64,000 bases of DNA from an uncultured Chloroflexia bacterium. GTDB lineage: Bacteria; Chloroflexota; Limnocylindria; Limnocylindrales; CSP1-4. The stretch covers positions 96,001 through 160,000 of the forward strand of contig CAVYBU010000008.1 of the NCBI GenBank assembly GCA_963766735.1, in the 5' to 3' direction. A program made the position numbers and the translations under genes. Below the pieces are notes generated by a model that was not told the DNA's origin, did not search any database, and saw only the letters and a list, made by a program, of their open reading frames with translations. Positions 28,645 to 39,295 of the stretch are shown in pieces; the stretch's first letter is position 1, and each line of letters begins with the position of its first letter.

Positions 28645-29868
28645 ATGCGAATCCTGGTGGTGGGAGCCGGCGGCGTCGGCACGGCAGCGGTGGCCATCGC
28701 GGCGCGGCGCAGCTTCTTCGAGCACATGGTGGTGGCCGACTACGATCCCGCCCGCGTCGAGCACGCCCTGGCCCAGGTGGCCGGAGATGCCCGCTTCTCC
28801 GGCGCGCGCGTGGACGCCTCGAACGGGGACGCGATGGTCGCGCTCATCCGGGAGCACCGGATCACGCACGTGCTCAACGCCGTGGACCCGCGCTTCGTCA
28901 TGCCGATCTTCGATGCCTGCGCAGAGGCCGGCGTGAACTACATGGACATGGCGATGTCGCTCTCGCACCCCCATCCCGAGCGGCCGTTCGAGGAGAGCGG
29001 CGAGAAGCTGGGCGACCGGCAGTTCGCGAAGGCGGGCGAGTGGGAGGCCGCGGGACGGCTGGCCCTCGTAGGCCTCGGCGTGGAGCCGGGCCTGTCGGAC
29101 ATCTTCGCCCGGTATGCGCAGGATGAGCTGTTCAGCGAGATCGACGAGGCAGGCGTGCGGGACGGCGCCAACCTCACCGTGGACGGCTACGACTTCGCGC
29201 CGTCATTCTCGATCTGGACGACGATCGAAGAGTGCCTCAACCCGCCGGTCATCTGGGAGGAGGGCCGAGGCTGGTACACCACGCCCCCGTTCTCCGAGCC
29301 TGAGACGTTCGAGTTCCCGGAGGGAATCGGGCCCGTCGAGTGCGTGAACGTGGAGCACGAAGAGGTGCTCCTGATCCCGCGCTGGGTGAAGGCCAAGCGC
29401 GTGACGTTCAAGTACGGTCTGGGCGACGAGTTCATCAACGTGCTCAAGGTGCTCCACACTCTCGGCCTGGACAGCACGACCCCGGTCACGGTCAAGGGAG
29501 CGGCCGTCTCGCCGCGGGACGTGGTGGCCGCATGCCTGCCGGATCCGGCGGGTTTGGGCGACCGGATGCACGGCAAGACGTGCGCCGGGACCTGGGTCAC
29601 GGGTCGCGGCAAGGACGGCGCGCGGCGCGCGGTCTACCTCTACCACGTGGTGGACAGCGACTGGTCCTGGCAGGAGTACGGCTCACAGGCGGTGGTCTGG
29701 CAGACGGCGATCAACCCCGTCATCGGACTCGAGCTCCTCGCGCGGGGAACCTGGTCCGGGGCTGGAGTCCTGGGTCCCGAGGCCTTCGCACCGAAGCCGT
29801 TCCTGGACTTGCTGGTGGAGTACGGGTCCCCGTGGGGGATGCGCGAGGAGCCGGTACCGGTCCTATGA
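28645..29868 (+). CDS. Saccharopine dehydrogenase / carboxy(nor)spermidine dehydrogenase family protein
   Basis: ILVVGAGGVG Rossmann fold, NYMDMA, GVEPG, HEEV. Confidence 0.85.
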   Translation: MRILVVGAGGVGTAAVAIAARRSFFEHMVVADYDPARVEHALAQVAGDARFSGARVDASNGDAMVALIREHRITHVLNAVDPRFVMPIFDACAEAGVNYMDMAMSLSHPHPERPFEESGEKLGDRQFAKAGEWEAAGRLALVGLGVEPGLSDIFARYAQDELFSEIDEAGVRDGANLTVDGYDFAPSFSIWTTIEECLNPPVIWEEGRGWYTTPPFSEPETFEFPEGIGPVECVNVEHEEVLLIPRWVKAKRVTFKYGLGDEFINVLKVLHTLGLDSTTPVTVKGAAVSPRDVVAACLPDPAGLGDRMHGKTCAGTWVTGRGKDGARRAVYLYHVVDSDWSWQEYGSQAVVWQTAINPVIGLELLARGTWSGAGVLGPEAFAPKPFLDLLVEYGSPWGMREEPVPVL

Positions 29869-29911
29869 GGATCTGTTAGGACTCAGGCTCCACCGGGTCC
29901 CATCCGTCCGG

Positions 29912-30868
29912 TCAGATCCCGTCGATCCTCCGCGGAGAGAGGCGAGGGCCGTAGCGCGGCGCCGTGGCGCCGGCGAGTTCAAGCAGCCGGATCACCCGGC
30001 CGCGTTGCCCGCGATACGGCTCCAGCAGTTCCAGCATCCGCTCGTCCGTACCGCGTGGCTCGCCGGCCAGGGCCCACGAAACCATATTCGGGATATGGAA
30101 GTCTCCGACGCTCACCGCGTCCGGGTCCCCGAACGCCCGGATGCCTACCTCGGCTGCCGTCCACGGCCCGATGCCCGGGAACGCCCGCAGCGCGCGGTAC
30201 GCCAGCTCGCGGGCATCCGGGGCCGCCCCCGGGCCGGCCGCCGCCGCGCCCAGGCGCTCGAGCCGTGCCGCGTCCCGGCAGACCGCCCGGACCAGCTCCG
30301 CCCGCCGTCGCTCGAGGCCAAGGGGATGGAACGCGTGGTAGGGGAGAGCAGCGAGGATCTCCGGAGCCGGTGGCAGGCGCAGGCCCGGCGGCCCGGGTGC
30401 GTCCTCGCCGTACGCGCGGGCAAGCCCGCGGAGTGTCCGATGCGCCTCGTCTCCGGTGACCTTCTGGCCCAGGATCGCCGGGACCAGCGCCTCCAGCACG
30501 GCAAGGGTTCGACCGATGCGAAGCCCTGGTGTGCGCCTCGTCGCCGCTGCCACCACCGGGTGGCGCGGGACCAGCGCCGTCGGTTCGTCGTCCAGGCCCA
30601 GGAGCCCCTCCAGGCCGGCGAGCGCCCAGGCGCTGCCGGGTCCCCACGCCCGCGCACGGGCGATCCCTTCACGTGCCTCGATCAACAGCGTGACCGGTCC
30701 GTCCGGGGTCCTGGTCGCCCGCCACGTGGACCCGGAGACCTCGAACCGCATCGACGGGTCGAGGCGGCCTCGGGCGTGGATCTCCAGCGTCCGGCGGAGA
30801 TCGAGGCGCCCGGTCACGTCCACCGTCCGCTCCGCATCCGGCTCGCGCGATCCTGCCTCGCTCATCAC
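29912..30868 (-). CDS. DNA-3-methyladenine glycosylase II (AlkA/HhH-GPD) family protein
   Basis: AILGQKV, FPGIGPWTA, SVGDFH. Confidence 0.85.
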   Translation of the reverse strand: MMSEAGSREPDAERTVDVTGRLDLRRTLEIHARGRLDPSMRFEVSGSTWRATRTPDGPVTLLIEAREGIARARAWGPGSAWALAGLEGLLGLDDEPTALVPRHPVVAAATRRTPGLRIGRTLAVLEALVPAILGQKVTGDEAHRTLRGLARAYGEDAPGPPGLRLPPAPEILAALPYHAFHPLGLERRRAELVRAVCRDAARLERLGAAAAGPGAAPDARELAYRALRAFPGIGPWTAAEVGIRAFGDPDAVSVGDFHIPNMVSWALAGEPRGTDERMLELLEPYRGQRGRVIRLLELAGATAPRYGPRLSPRRIDGI

Positions 30869-30992
30869 GGCTGCAGCGTACGCCCGCCGCTCGCCCGGGC
30901 CATCGGCGGGCAGTTGCGGGGCGCATCGACCGCGAGCCGTCCGGTCCCTCCAGGCGGGCCCTTGACGCTCTCGGGTAGCCTACAGATGCATC

Positions 30993-31598
30993 GTGCGTAC
31001 CAGGATCATCGTCGCGATCGCGGCACTCATGGCCGCGTCCGCCCTGGTCGCCGTTCCCGAACCCGCGGGCTCGAGTGCCCCGAGCCCCGCCCGGACGGTT
31101 GATGCGGCGTCGTTGACGGCCGTCTCGATTGCTCTGCCCGCCGGTTCCACGGCGACGGCGATTCTCAACATCAATTCCGCGTCACGCTCGGCCGGTTGGA
31201 TCGGGCCCGATTCGACGTTCCTCGAGCCGGGTCGTGACGCCGCGGCCAAGATCGATCGACCCGCCGTCCGCCAGCCGGCGCCGAAGATCCGGACCATCCT
31301 CAAGAACTACTGGCGGTTCGACGGCAACATCAGCTGGTACGGGCCTGGGTTCTTCGGCAGGGGCACCGCCTGCGGTCACAGGTACACGAAGACGATCCTT
31401 GGGGTCGCCCACAGGACGCTGCCGTGCGGCACGCTCGTCACGTTCCGCAACCCCTCCAACGGCCGCCAGATCACAGTTCCGGTCATCGATCGCGGACCGT
31501 ACGTCAGGGGCCGCCAGTGGGACATGTCCAGGGGCCTGTGCGCCTACCTCGATCACTGCTACACAGGGTCGATCATGTGGCGTTTCGGCAAGCGCTAG
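30993..31598 (+). CDS. RlpA-like DPBB lytic transglycosylase
   Basis: SWYGPGF.G.GTACG, AHRTLPCGT, VIDRGPY; signal peptide. Confidence 0.88.
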   Translation: MRTRIIVAIAALMAASALVAVPEPAGSSAPSPARTVDAASLTAVSIALPAGSTATAILNINSASRSAGWIGPDSTFLEPGRDAAAKIDRPAVRQPAPKIRTILKNYWRFDGNISWYGPGFFGRGTACGHRYTKTILGVAHRTLPCGTLVTFRNPSNGRQITVPVIDRGPYVRGRQWDMSRGLCAYLDHCYTGSIMWRFGKR

Positions 31599-31645
31599 GG
31601 CGGCTGGCCCCGTCGCGCCAAGGGCGGCTGGCCCCCGTCGCGCCA
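31597..31645. repeat. 24/25-bp intergenic tandem duplication
   Basis: AGGGCGGCTGGCCCC(C)GTCGCGCCA x2. Confidence 0.7.
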
Positions 31646-31688
31646 CCGGCCAGCCAGCGAGCGACCAGCCGGGGCACCACCACCGGGA

Positions 31689-32801
31689 TCAGGGATGGGG
31701 ACTGCCGCTCACCAGTAGCTGGCGGAGGACATGGCCACCGGCAAGGTCGTCAAGCGCCTCGCGTGCTTCTTCCAGCGGGCGGCGGGCTGACACCAGAGAC
31801 TCAAGATCCAGGCTGCCGTCCATGAACAGGTCCACGAGTCGCGGGAAGTCCACGGCCGCGTTCACCGAGCCGTAGTTGGAGCCCAGGATCCGCCGGTCGG
31901 CCTCCGCGAGCGCCAGCGGCTCGAACGTTGCCTTCCGACCGGTCGGCGGCAGCCCGACGATCACCGCCGCTCCGCCGAGGCCGATCGCCCCGATGGCCTG
32001 CTCCGTGGTCTCGATCTTCCCGATGGCGTCGAACACGTAGTCCAGCCCCTCGGGAACCGCGGCCGCCAGTGCCTCGAGGACGGGCACCTCGGACGCGTTC
32101 ACCGTGTCCGTGGCACCCAGGCGCAGGGCGAGCTCGAGCTTCGATCCCACCACGTCCACGGCAACGATCCGTGATGCCCCGGCCAGCCGTGCCCCCTGGA
32201 TGCAGCACAGGCCGACGCCCCCGCAGCCGATGACGGCAACGGTCGCGCCCGCTTCCACGCGGGCGGTGTTCTGCACGGCGCCGACACCCGTGGACACCGC
32301 GCAGCCGACCAGCGAGATCACGTCCAGCGGCGCGTCCTTGCGGACCCTGATCGCGCCGCTGGCGGGCACGACCACGCGTTCCGAGAAGGACGAGACCGCG
32401 CAGTAGTGGTACGCAGCCTCCCCGCCGATGCTGAACCGGGACGTGCCGTCGAACAGGACGCCGTTGGGTGCGGTGACCGTGGCCGCCTTGCGGCACTGCG
32501 ACGTCCGGCCCAGCCGGCAGTAGCGGCACTCGCCGCACGAGGGGACCCACGACAGAACGACGTGGTCGCCCTCGACCAGCCCCGTCACGCCCGCGCCGAC
32601 CGCGGTCACGATGCCCGACCCCTCGTGGCCCAGGATCACTGGCGTGGGGACCTCCCACTCGCCGCGGATAAGGTGGAGGTCGGAGTGGCACACGCCTGCA
32701 GCGGCGATCGTGACCTCCACCTCGCCTGCCTTCGGCGGCGCCAGGTCCACGTCCATGACGACCACCGGCTCGTTCGCGGTGCGCCACACGGCTGCCCTCA
32801 C
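31689..32801 (-). CDS. Zn-dependent alcohol dehydrogenase (MDR, class III-like)
   Basis: GVCHSD, GHEG, CGECRYC..C, GCGGVG. Confidence 0.93.
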   Translation of the reverse strand: MRAAVWRTANEPVVVMDVDLAPPKAGEVEVTIAAAGVCHSDLHLIRGEWEVPTPVILGHEGSGIVTAVGAGVTGLVEGDHVVLSWVPSCGECRYCRLGRTSQCRKAATVTAPNGVLFDGTSRFSIGGEAAYHYCAVSSFSERVVVPASGAIRVRKDAPLDVISLVGCAVSTGVGAVQNTARVEAGATVAVIGCGGVGLCCIQGARLAGASRIVAVDVVGSKLELALRLGATDTVNASEVPVLEALAAAVPEGLDYVFDAIGKIETTEQAIGAIGLGGAAVIVGLPPTGRKATFEPLALAEADRRILGSNYGSVNAAVDFPRLVDLFMDGSLDLESLVSARRPLEEAREALDDLAGGHVLRQLLVSGSPHP

Positions 32802-32934
32802 GCGCGAAGCCCCCAGAATGCGCGCGGCCGGGCCACGTCCCTGGCGTGCTTGACCATCCAGCCCTCCCGGCAGCGCTGATCCGCCTGCTGGCACGATCAC
32901 GAATCCTAACCCGCCGGCACCTGCCGGCGACTTC

Positions 32935-33111
32935 GAAGGCTGCAAGGTGGGCTGGGACGCACAGGACGGCGTCCTGCTCTGCCCGTGCCACGGTGCCGCC
33001 TTTGATCCGACAGACCACGGCGCGGTCCTCGGCGGTCCCACGAACGCGCCGCTGATGGAGCTGCCGATCATCGTGGACCACCAGGCCGGGACGATCAGCC
33101 TCCGCGCCTGA
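32935..33111 (+). pseudogene. C-terminal remnant of a Rieske 2Fe-2S domain gene
   Basis: Reads EGCKVGWDAQDGVLLCPCHGAAFDPTDHGAVLGGPTNAPLMELPI..*; first CxH box absent and no upstream start before the in-frame TGA at 32851. Confidence 0.75.
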
Positions 33112-33610
33112 GGCCGGGGTCGAACGCCAGGACGCCCGCCTCGACGGCTCGTTGGTCCTGCTGGGAGTCTCCGCCGGAGACGCCGACGGCGCCGACGAGG
33201 ATCCCGTCCCGCTCGAGCGGCATGCCGCCGGCGAAGATGATCGTCCGGCCGCCGGCGACGGTGTGATAGCCGAAGAACTCGGTGCCGGGCTGGGTGATCG
33301 GCGGGAGGTCCGCCGTGGACATGTGGTTCGTGAGGGCCGTGTAGGCCTTGTCCCTGGCGAGCACGATCCCGGCCAGGTCCGCAGCGTCCATCCGCTCGAA
33401 GGCGACGAGCTGGTCGCCGGAGTCGACGACGGCGCAGCTCATCGCCACGCCGAGCGAGCGTGCCTCGGCCTGGACGGCGTCGATGATCGCCCGTGCCGCG
33501 GCCAGCGTGAGACCCGCCGCCTGCGATGCGGTCGGACCCCGCCAGCCGTCCACGTTGTCGATGCCCAGCGGGTCCAGCGGCTTGGTGTGTTCATCGCGAG
33601 ATGGGCTCAT
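33095..33610 (-). CDS. GlcG/HbpS family heme-binding protein
   Basis: AVVDSG, ERMD, KAYTA, FAGGMP, GAVGVSGG..QD. Confidence 0.9.
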   Translation of the reverse strand: MSPSRDEHTKPLDPLGIDNVDGWRGPTASQAAGLTLAAARAIIDAVQAEARSLGVAMSCAVVDSGDQLVAFERMDAADLAGIVLARDKAYTALTNHMSTADLPPITQPGTEFFGYHTVAGGRTIIFAGGMPLERDGILVGAVGVSGGDSQQDQRAVEAGVLAFDPGLRRGG

Positions 33611-33620
33611 GGACGCTCCC

Positions 33621-34605
33621 TCATGGTTTCTCCGGCGCCGGGACGACGGTCACCTCGTCCGGCACCTCGTCCGGCACCCTCGCCGACTGCTTCGCCTGGC
33701 TCCGGAAGACCAGGTAGACGATCACCAGCGCCGTCAGCGTGACCAGCAGGATCAGCGAAGCGATGGCGTTGATCTGAGGGAGTGATGCCGCGCCGGATCG
33801 ACCCGAAGACGAAGAGGGGAAGCGTCGGCTGGCCGGGACCCTGCACGAACGAGGCGATGATGTAGTCATCGAAGCTGAAGGTGAACGAGAGGAGCGCGCC
33901 CGCCAGGATCGCCGGGCGGAGTTGCGGCAGCGTGACCTGGCGCAGGGTCCGCCAGGGGGTTGCGTAGAGGTCGGCCGACGCCTCGACGAGGGCGCGGTCC
34001 ATGCCGGACAGGCGCGCCCGCACCAGGACGAAGACGATCGCCGACGTGAACACGACGTGGGCGCCGATGATCGTGTGCAGGCCGGACTGGAGGACCGGTG
34101 CGGCGCCCATGCCCAGGCTTCCCCACACGTAGCTCAGCCACGGGTTGACCCAGGCGAAGAAGTTGACGTAGAAGATCAGGGTGGCGATCGCGATCACGAT
34201 CCCGGGGATGATGATCGCGACGTAGGTGACGGCCTCGAAGGCGACCCGGATCGGGCGCGCGGCCCGGTTGACGGCGAGGGCTGCGACGGTGCCCAGGGTG
34301 GTGGCGATGAGCGCCGTCCAGAGGCCGACGATGACGCTGTTGCCCAGCGCACCGAGCGCGAAGGCGTCGGACAGCGCCTTCTCGTACCAGCGCAGGGAGA
34401 GGCCACGCAGCTCGCCCGTGCGCTCCCCGGCGTTGAAGCTGAAGACCACGACGAGGGCGATCGGGACGTAGAGGAAGACGTAGAGGAGGATCGCATGGCC
34501 CCGGAAGACCCGGTCCACCCAGCGCCCGGCCGAGTCGACCGCGGCCCGCGCGCCGCCGGCACGAGCGGGGCCGCTGCCCGTCGGCGAGCCGGCCACGCTA
34601 GACAA
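33621..34605 (-). CDS. potC: Polyamine ABC transporter permease PotC-like (frameshift near 33777)
   Basis: EASADLYA and FTFSFDD; ..RRGITP continues as QINAIASL in the shifted frame. Confidence 0.85.
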
Positions 34606-35482
34606 GGGAGATGTCCCGGCCGACCTGACCTCGCGCGCCGACCCTCAGGTACAGCGCGACGGCGATCAGCACGATGAGGATGAGCCCGACGGCCATCGCC
34701 GAGCCGAACGGCCAGTTGCGGGACTGCAGGAAGGCATCGACGAGTGCGTTGCCGACGAAGAAGACCTTGCCGCCGCCGAGGAGGGCAGGGATGAGGTACT
34801 CGCCCATGATCGGGATGAAGACGAGGACGACACCCGAGAGGACTCCAGGCAGGGTGAGCGGCAGCGTCACCTGGCGGAACGTGCGCCAGCGGGCCGCCCC
34901 CAGGTCCTTCGAGGCTTCGAGGAGCCGCTTGTCGAGCCGCTCGAGGCTGACGTACAGCGGGAAGACCATCAGGGGCAGGTAGTTGTAGACGATCCCGATC
35001 ATGACCGCGAGCGGCGAGTTGAGCAGGACCACCCTGCCGAACCCGAGGCTCTCGATCAAAGCGGGAATGCCGGTGCTGCCCAGGATCGTGAGCCACGCGT
35101 AGGTTCGAATGAGGAAGCTCGTCCAGAACGGGACGATGACCAGGACCAGGAGGAGGGTCTTCTTCGGCCCCGCCCGCGTCGCCAGGTAGTAGGCCAGGGG
35201 ATAGCCGACGAGCAGGCAGAGGGTGGTCCCGCCGAGGGCGAGAAGCAGCGTGTTCGTGAACGCGACCGAGCGCGTCGGCAGGTGTGCGTAGTTCTCCAGG
35301 GTGAACCCGGGTGCGTACCCGCCCTGCGGTGCTCGCTCGCCCACGCTGAAGACCAGGAGGATCCCGAGCGGCACGGCCAGGAGCAGGAAGTACCAGGCGC
35401 TCGTGGGCAGCAGGAACAGGGCGGTGGCGGCTCGCCGCCTCCATCGCCCTGCCTCGTGTCGCGGTCGCGCGACTGTGGTCAC
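34598..35482 (-). CDS. potB: Polyamine ABC transporter permease PotB-like
   Basis: PFWTSFLIRTYAW, YNYLPLMV, EASKDLGA, NWPFGSA. Confidence 0.9.
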   Translation of the reverse strand: MTTVARPRHEAGRWRRRAATALFLLPTSAWYFLLLAVPLGILLVFSVGERAPQGGYAPGFTLENYAHLPTRSVAFTNTLLLALGGTTLCLLVGYPLAYYLATRAGPKKTLLLVLVIVPFWTSFLIRTYAWLTILGSTGIPALIESLGFGRVVLLNSPLAVMIGIVYNYLPLMVFPLYVSLERLDKRLLEASKDLGAARWRTFRQVTLPLTLPGVLSGVVLVFIPIMGEYLIPALLGGGKVFFVGNALVDAFLQSRNWPFGSAMAVGLILIVLIAVALYLRVGARGQVGRDISLV

Positions 35483-35513
35483 GGGCGCCAGGCCCTTGGG
35501 CGATCGGTCACCG

Positions 35514-36749
35514 TCAGGCCGACTTGAAGCGTGCCCAGAGCTCTGCCCGGTTCGGGTCGGTCAGCGTCACGGCTGCGCCGAACTCGAGCGGCGTCAGGAG
35601 CGCGTCGTCGGGGTAGATGATCGGGTTGCCGGTGAACGAAGCCGGCAGGAGCCCTGTGGCCACCTCATCGACAACCGGGTAGCCGTGGAACTCGGCGTCC
35701 TTGGCGGCGACCTTCGGAGTGCTCATGTAGTCCAGGAAGGCGTAGGCGGCCTCGCGGTGCGGAGCGTTGGCGATGACGGAGAAGAAGTCGGACCAGAGCT
35801 CGCCGCCCTCGCTGCCGATGACGTACTGGATCGCAGGGATGTCCCGGTTGAGCTGGACGCCGTCGCCGGTCCACGCCATGGCGATCCAGGCGTCGTTGTT
35901 GCGCATCGGGGGCTGGTAGTCGCTGGTGATCGCGAAGAAGTGCTTCTTCGCGTCGACGAGAAGCTCCTCCGCCTTGGCCAGCTCGGCCGTATCGACGGAG
36001 TTGAACGAGTAGCCGAAGTACTTGAGGGCATTGCCGATCCCGGTCAGCTGATAGTCGTGGATCGTCGCCTTGCCGGTGTAGTCGGTCCGGAGCAGGTCGA
36101 AGTAGTCCTTCCAGCTCGTCATCGGCTTGGTCACGAACTCAGTGTTCACGACGTAGCCCGTGGTCCCCCAGTCCTTGCTGACGCCAAGCAGGTCCGACGA
36201 GCCGGCGGGATACGTCGCCGGCTCGAGGAACCGGGCTTCGTAGCGGCTGGCATCGAAGCGGGGGAGCTTCGCCAGGTCGAGCGGTTCGAGCAGCTTGAGC
36301 TCGCCGTAGGTCTCGAAGGTGTAGTTGGTCGGGACGAGGACGTCCCATCCTGTGCCCCCGGCCTGGAGCTTGGCCAGCATCTCTTCGTTCGAACCGAAGA
36401 TCGTCAGGTTCACCTTGACCCCGGTGAGGTCGGTGAACGCCTGGATCGTCTGCGGGTCGTGGTAGTTCGGCCAGGTGGTGAGGTAGAGCTCGCTGCCCAG
36501 GTCGACGCCCTCCGGCGGCGTCCAATCGGCGAAGGGATCGATCGCCGGGGGGGCATCCGACGCGGCCGCAGCCGACGCCGGTGCCGCCGTGGCCGGTGCC
36601 GCCGTCGCGGGCGCGGACGTGGCCGTCGGTGCGCACGCGGCGATGACCGCTGCCGCCGTGGCGAGGCCCGTCGCCTCCATGAACCGGCGGCGTGAGATCT
36701 TGCCCTTCTGGAATGCCAGGTAGTGCTTCTGGAACTCTTGCTGATCCAC
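35514..36749 (-). CDS. potD: Polyamine ABC transporter substrate-binding protein (PotD/PotF), Tat lipoprotein
   Basis: SRRRFM Tat motif, IAAC lipobox, SNEEMLAKL, WGTTG, AWTGD. Confidence 0.88.
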   Translation of the reverse strand: MDQQEFQKHYLAFQKGKISRRRFMEATGLATAAAVIAACAPTATSAPATAAPATAAPASAAAASDAPPAIDPFADWTPPEGVDLGSELYLTTWPNYHDPQTIQAFTDLTGVKVNLTIFGSNEEMLAKLQAGGTGWDVLVPTNYTFETYGELKLLEPLDLAKLPRFDASRYEARFLEPATYPAGSSDLLGVSKDWGTTGYVVNTEFVTKPMTSWKDYFDLLRTDYTGKATIHDYQLTGIGNALKYFGYSFNSVDTAELAKAEELLVDAKKHFFAITSDYQPPMRNNDAWIAMAWTGDGVQLNRDIPAIQYVIGSEGGELWSDFFSVIANAPHREAAYAFLDYMSTPKVAAKDAEFHGYPVVDEVATGLLPASFTGNPIIYPDDALLTPLEFGAAVTLTDPNRAELWARFKSA

Positions 36750-36807
36750 GGTTCCCCTTCCTTCCCGGGCCGAGCCCGAACTCCCCTCCATGCGTGGACG
36801 ATGACGG

Positions 36808-37992
36808 TCAACTGATCAGGATGAGGTTTGCCTCCTCGTGCCAGCGGATGACGACGGGATCGCCGGGACCGATCCCGGCCACACCGGTGGCACCGTCCGA
36901 GTTCTGGCGCCGCGAGACCACCTCGCCGGCCACGTCGGTGGCGATCCGGAACTCGGTCTCGTCGCCGAGATACGTTCCCTGGCGGACACGCCCCTCGATG
37001 CTCGTCCAGCCGTCCCCGACGGGCTGCGCGTGCGCCGCGGCCTCCACCCGCATCCGCTCGGGGCGGATCGCGATGACGACCCGGGCGCCCGGCGCGGGCC
37101 GTGCGGCAGGGTCGGTGACCACGCCCGCGAGCCGGAGCCCGGTGTCGGCCTGGACGAGGCCCCGGCCGGTGGCCGGGTCGTGCTCGAGGAGGGCGCCCTC
37201 GATCGGGTTCGAGACGCCGATGAAGTCGGCCACGAACCGGTTGATCGGCCGCTCGTAGAGCTCCGTCGGCCGGCCCTGCTGCTGGATGCGGCCGTGCTGC
37301 ATGACCACGATGGTGTCGCTCATGGTCAGGGCCTCCTCCTGGTCGTGGGTCACGTACACGAACGTGATCCCGACCTCCTGCTGGAGGGCCTTGAGCTCGA
37401 GCTGCATCTCCTTGCGGAGCTTGAGGTCGAGCGCCCCGAGGGGCTCGTCGAGGAGCAGCACGGTCGGGTGGTTGATCAGGGCCCGGGCAAGCGCGACGCG
37501 CTGCTGCTGGCCGCCCGACATCTCCCAGGTGCGGCGCTGCTCGTAGCCCGCGAGGCGGACGAGCTCGAGGGCCTCGCCCACGCGGCGGGTCTCGTCCGCC
37601 TTGGTGGAGCCCTTCCTCTGGCGCAGGCCGTAGCCCACGTTCTGGGCCACGTTCATGTGCGGGAACAGGGCGTAGTGCTGGAAGACCGTGTTGACGCTCC
37701 GTCGGTAGGGCGGCACGCCGGCGACCGGCTCGCCCGCGAGGTAGATCTCGCCGCTGGTGGGCTGCTCGAAGCCCGCGATCATCCGCAGGGTCGTGGTCTT
37801 GCCGCAGCCCGACGGGCCCAGGAAGGAGTAGAAGGATCCGCGCTCGACCGAGAGGTCCATCGCGTCCACCGCGGTCACCGCGCCGAACCGCTTGGTGACG
37901 TTCGCGATCCGGACGTCCGGGACATCGGCCACCGGCTGCGGCTGGGAGATCGGTTGTTCGGTGACCTGGGCGGGATAGGCGGAACCGATCAC
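36808..37992 (-). CDS. potA: Polyamine ABC transporter ATP-binding protein
   Basis: GPSGCGKT, MSGGQQQRVALARAL, LLDEP, C-terminal TOBE; start uncertain. Confidence 0.92.
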   Translation of the reverse strand: MIGSAYPAQVTEQPISQPQPVADVPDVRIANVTKRFGAVTAVDAMDLSVERGSFYSFLGPSGCGKTTTLRMIAGFEQPTSGEIYLAGEPVAGVPPYRRSVNTVFQHYALFPHMNVAQNVGYGLRQRKGSTKADETRRVGEALELVRLAGYEQRRTWEMSGGQQQRVALARALINHPTVLLLDEPLGALDLKLRKEMQLELKALQQEVGITFVYVTHDQEEALTMSDTIVVMQHGRIQQQGRPTELYERPINRFVADFIGVSNPIEGALLEHDPATGRGLVQADTGLRLAGVVTDPAARPAPGARVVIAIRPERMRVEAAAHAQPVGDGWTSIEGRVRQGTYLGDETEFRIATDVAGEVVSRRQNSDGATGVAGIGPGDPVVIRWHEEANLILIS

Positions 37993-38067
37993 AGATGCCT
38001 CACGGCGAACGGGCACTCCTGGGGGAAGCGACGGATGAAGGGTTCGGCCGGGCGCCTGCAGGCCGAA

Positions 38068-38130
38068 GGTCATAACACCGTATTACCAATGGAGTGCCGG
38101 AATACTGCCGGAATGGCTGGCTCATGTCAA
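38068..38130 (-). promoter_or_regulatory. Sigma70-like promoter and palindromic operator for the pot operon
   Basis: Minus-strand TTGACA (38130-38125), 17 nt, CAGTAT; imperfect palindrome GGTcATA-N6-TATtACC at 38068-38087. Confidence 0.5.
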
Positions 38131-38340
38131 CACTCTTCCTTGATTTCGCGCACATGGCAGGCAAGGAGCCCTGTCGGCCGCCCGGCCCACGCCGAGAGCT
38201 CGACGCCCGCCCCCGCAGCCCCGGCCGCGGCCCGTTGGAGGATGGCGGCGCATGGCATCCTTGGCGGCGATGGATCTGGCTCTCCCCGACGCGGCTCGAG
38301 CGGATTCGGGAAGGACCCCCAGTCCTGGAGGGACCAACGG

Positions 38341-39180
38341 ATGGCACCTGAAGAACCGGTCCTGCTGACGGCCCCGACCCCATGGGGCGTCCGCCTGACC
38401 CTGAACCGCCCTGCCAAGCTGAACGCGCTATCCGGCGAGATGGTCGCCGCGCTGGACGCAGCACTTGTCGCGGCGGCCGCCGACCCGGAGGTTCGGGTCG
38501 TCGTGATCGAGGGTGCCGGGCGTGCCTTCTCGTCCGGCTACGACCTGACAGAAGGGGGGGAGGTGTCCCCGGGGCCGGTCGCGTGGCGCGCCGCGCTGGC
38601 TGCCGATGTCGCGGCGACGCTGCGGATCCTGGATTTCCCGAAGCCCGTCATCGCCCAGGTCCACGGTTACGCGCTCGCCGGCGGCCTGGAGATCGCGATG
38701 GCCTGTGACCTGGTGATCGCCGCCGAGGGCACCAAGCTCGGCGAGCCGGAGATCCGCTTCGGGTCGGCGCCGGTGACGCTGCTCATGCCGTACCTCATCG
38801 GCCAGAAGAAGACCCGTGAGCTGCTCCTCACCGGCAATCTCATCGACGCCACGGAAGCTGAACGGATCGGCCTGATCAATCGCGTCGTGCCGGCGGAGCA
38901 GTTGGCCGCGGAGGTGGACGCGCTGGCCGATCGCCTTGCCCGGACGCAGCCCGAGGTGATGGGCCTGACCAAGCTGATGCTCAACCGCGCGATGGATGCG
39001 GCCGGCTTCCGGACGGCCGTCGAGGCGGCGATCGACCTAGGCGCGATCATCAATGCGGCCGGCACGCCCGAGCAGCTCGAATGGGACACGATCGTCCGTC
39101 GCGATGGAATGAAGGCCGCCCTGGCCTGGCGAGACCGGCGCTATGACGAGCGGCTGGCCGAGAGCGGCCGGGGCGAATAG
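38341..39180 (+). CDS. Enoyl-CoA hydratase/isomerase family protein
   Basis: LNRPAKLNAL, AFSSGYDL, GYALAGG, GEPEIRFG; GGAGG upstream. Confidence 0.92.
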   Translation: MAPEEPVLLTAPTPWGVRLTLNRPAKLNALSGEMVAALDAALVAAAADPEVRVVVIEGAGRAFSSGYDLTEGGEVSPGPVAWRAALAADVAATLRILDFPKPVIAQVHGYALAGGLEIAMACDLVIAAEGTKLGEPEIRFGSAPVTLLMPYLIGQKKTRELLLTGNLIDATEAERIGLINRVVPAEQLAAEVDALADRLARTQPEVMGLTKLMLNRAMDAAGFRTAVEAAIDLGAIINAAGTPEQLEWDTIVRRDGMKAALAWRDRRYDERLAESGRGE

Positions 39181-39295
39181 GGCACGGCGTACCGCGCGAC
39201 TCGAGCTGATCCGGGAGCGCGGCCGGGACCCGCCCGACCGCCTCGAGCACCGCGATCATGCCCAGCATCCGACACGTCGGAGATCGGTTGGTGCC

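Noticed and set aside
32851-32853. In-frame TGA upstream of the Rieske fragment as selenocysteine readthrough
   Set aside because: It does not align with a Rieske Cys, the intervening sequence is not Rieske-like, and no SECIS is evident
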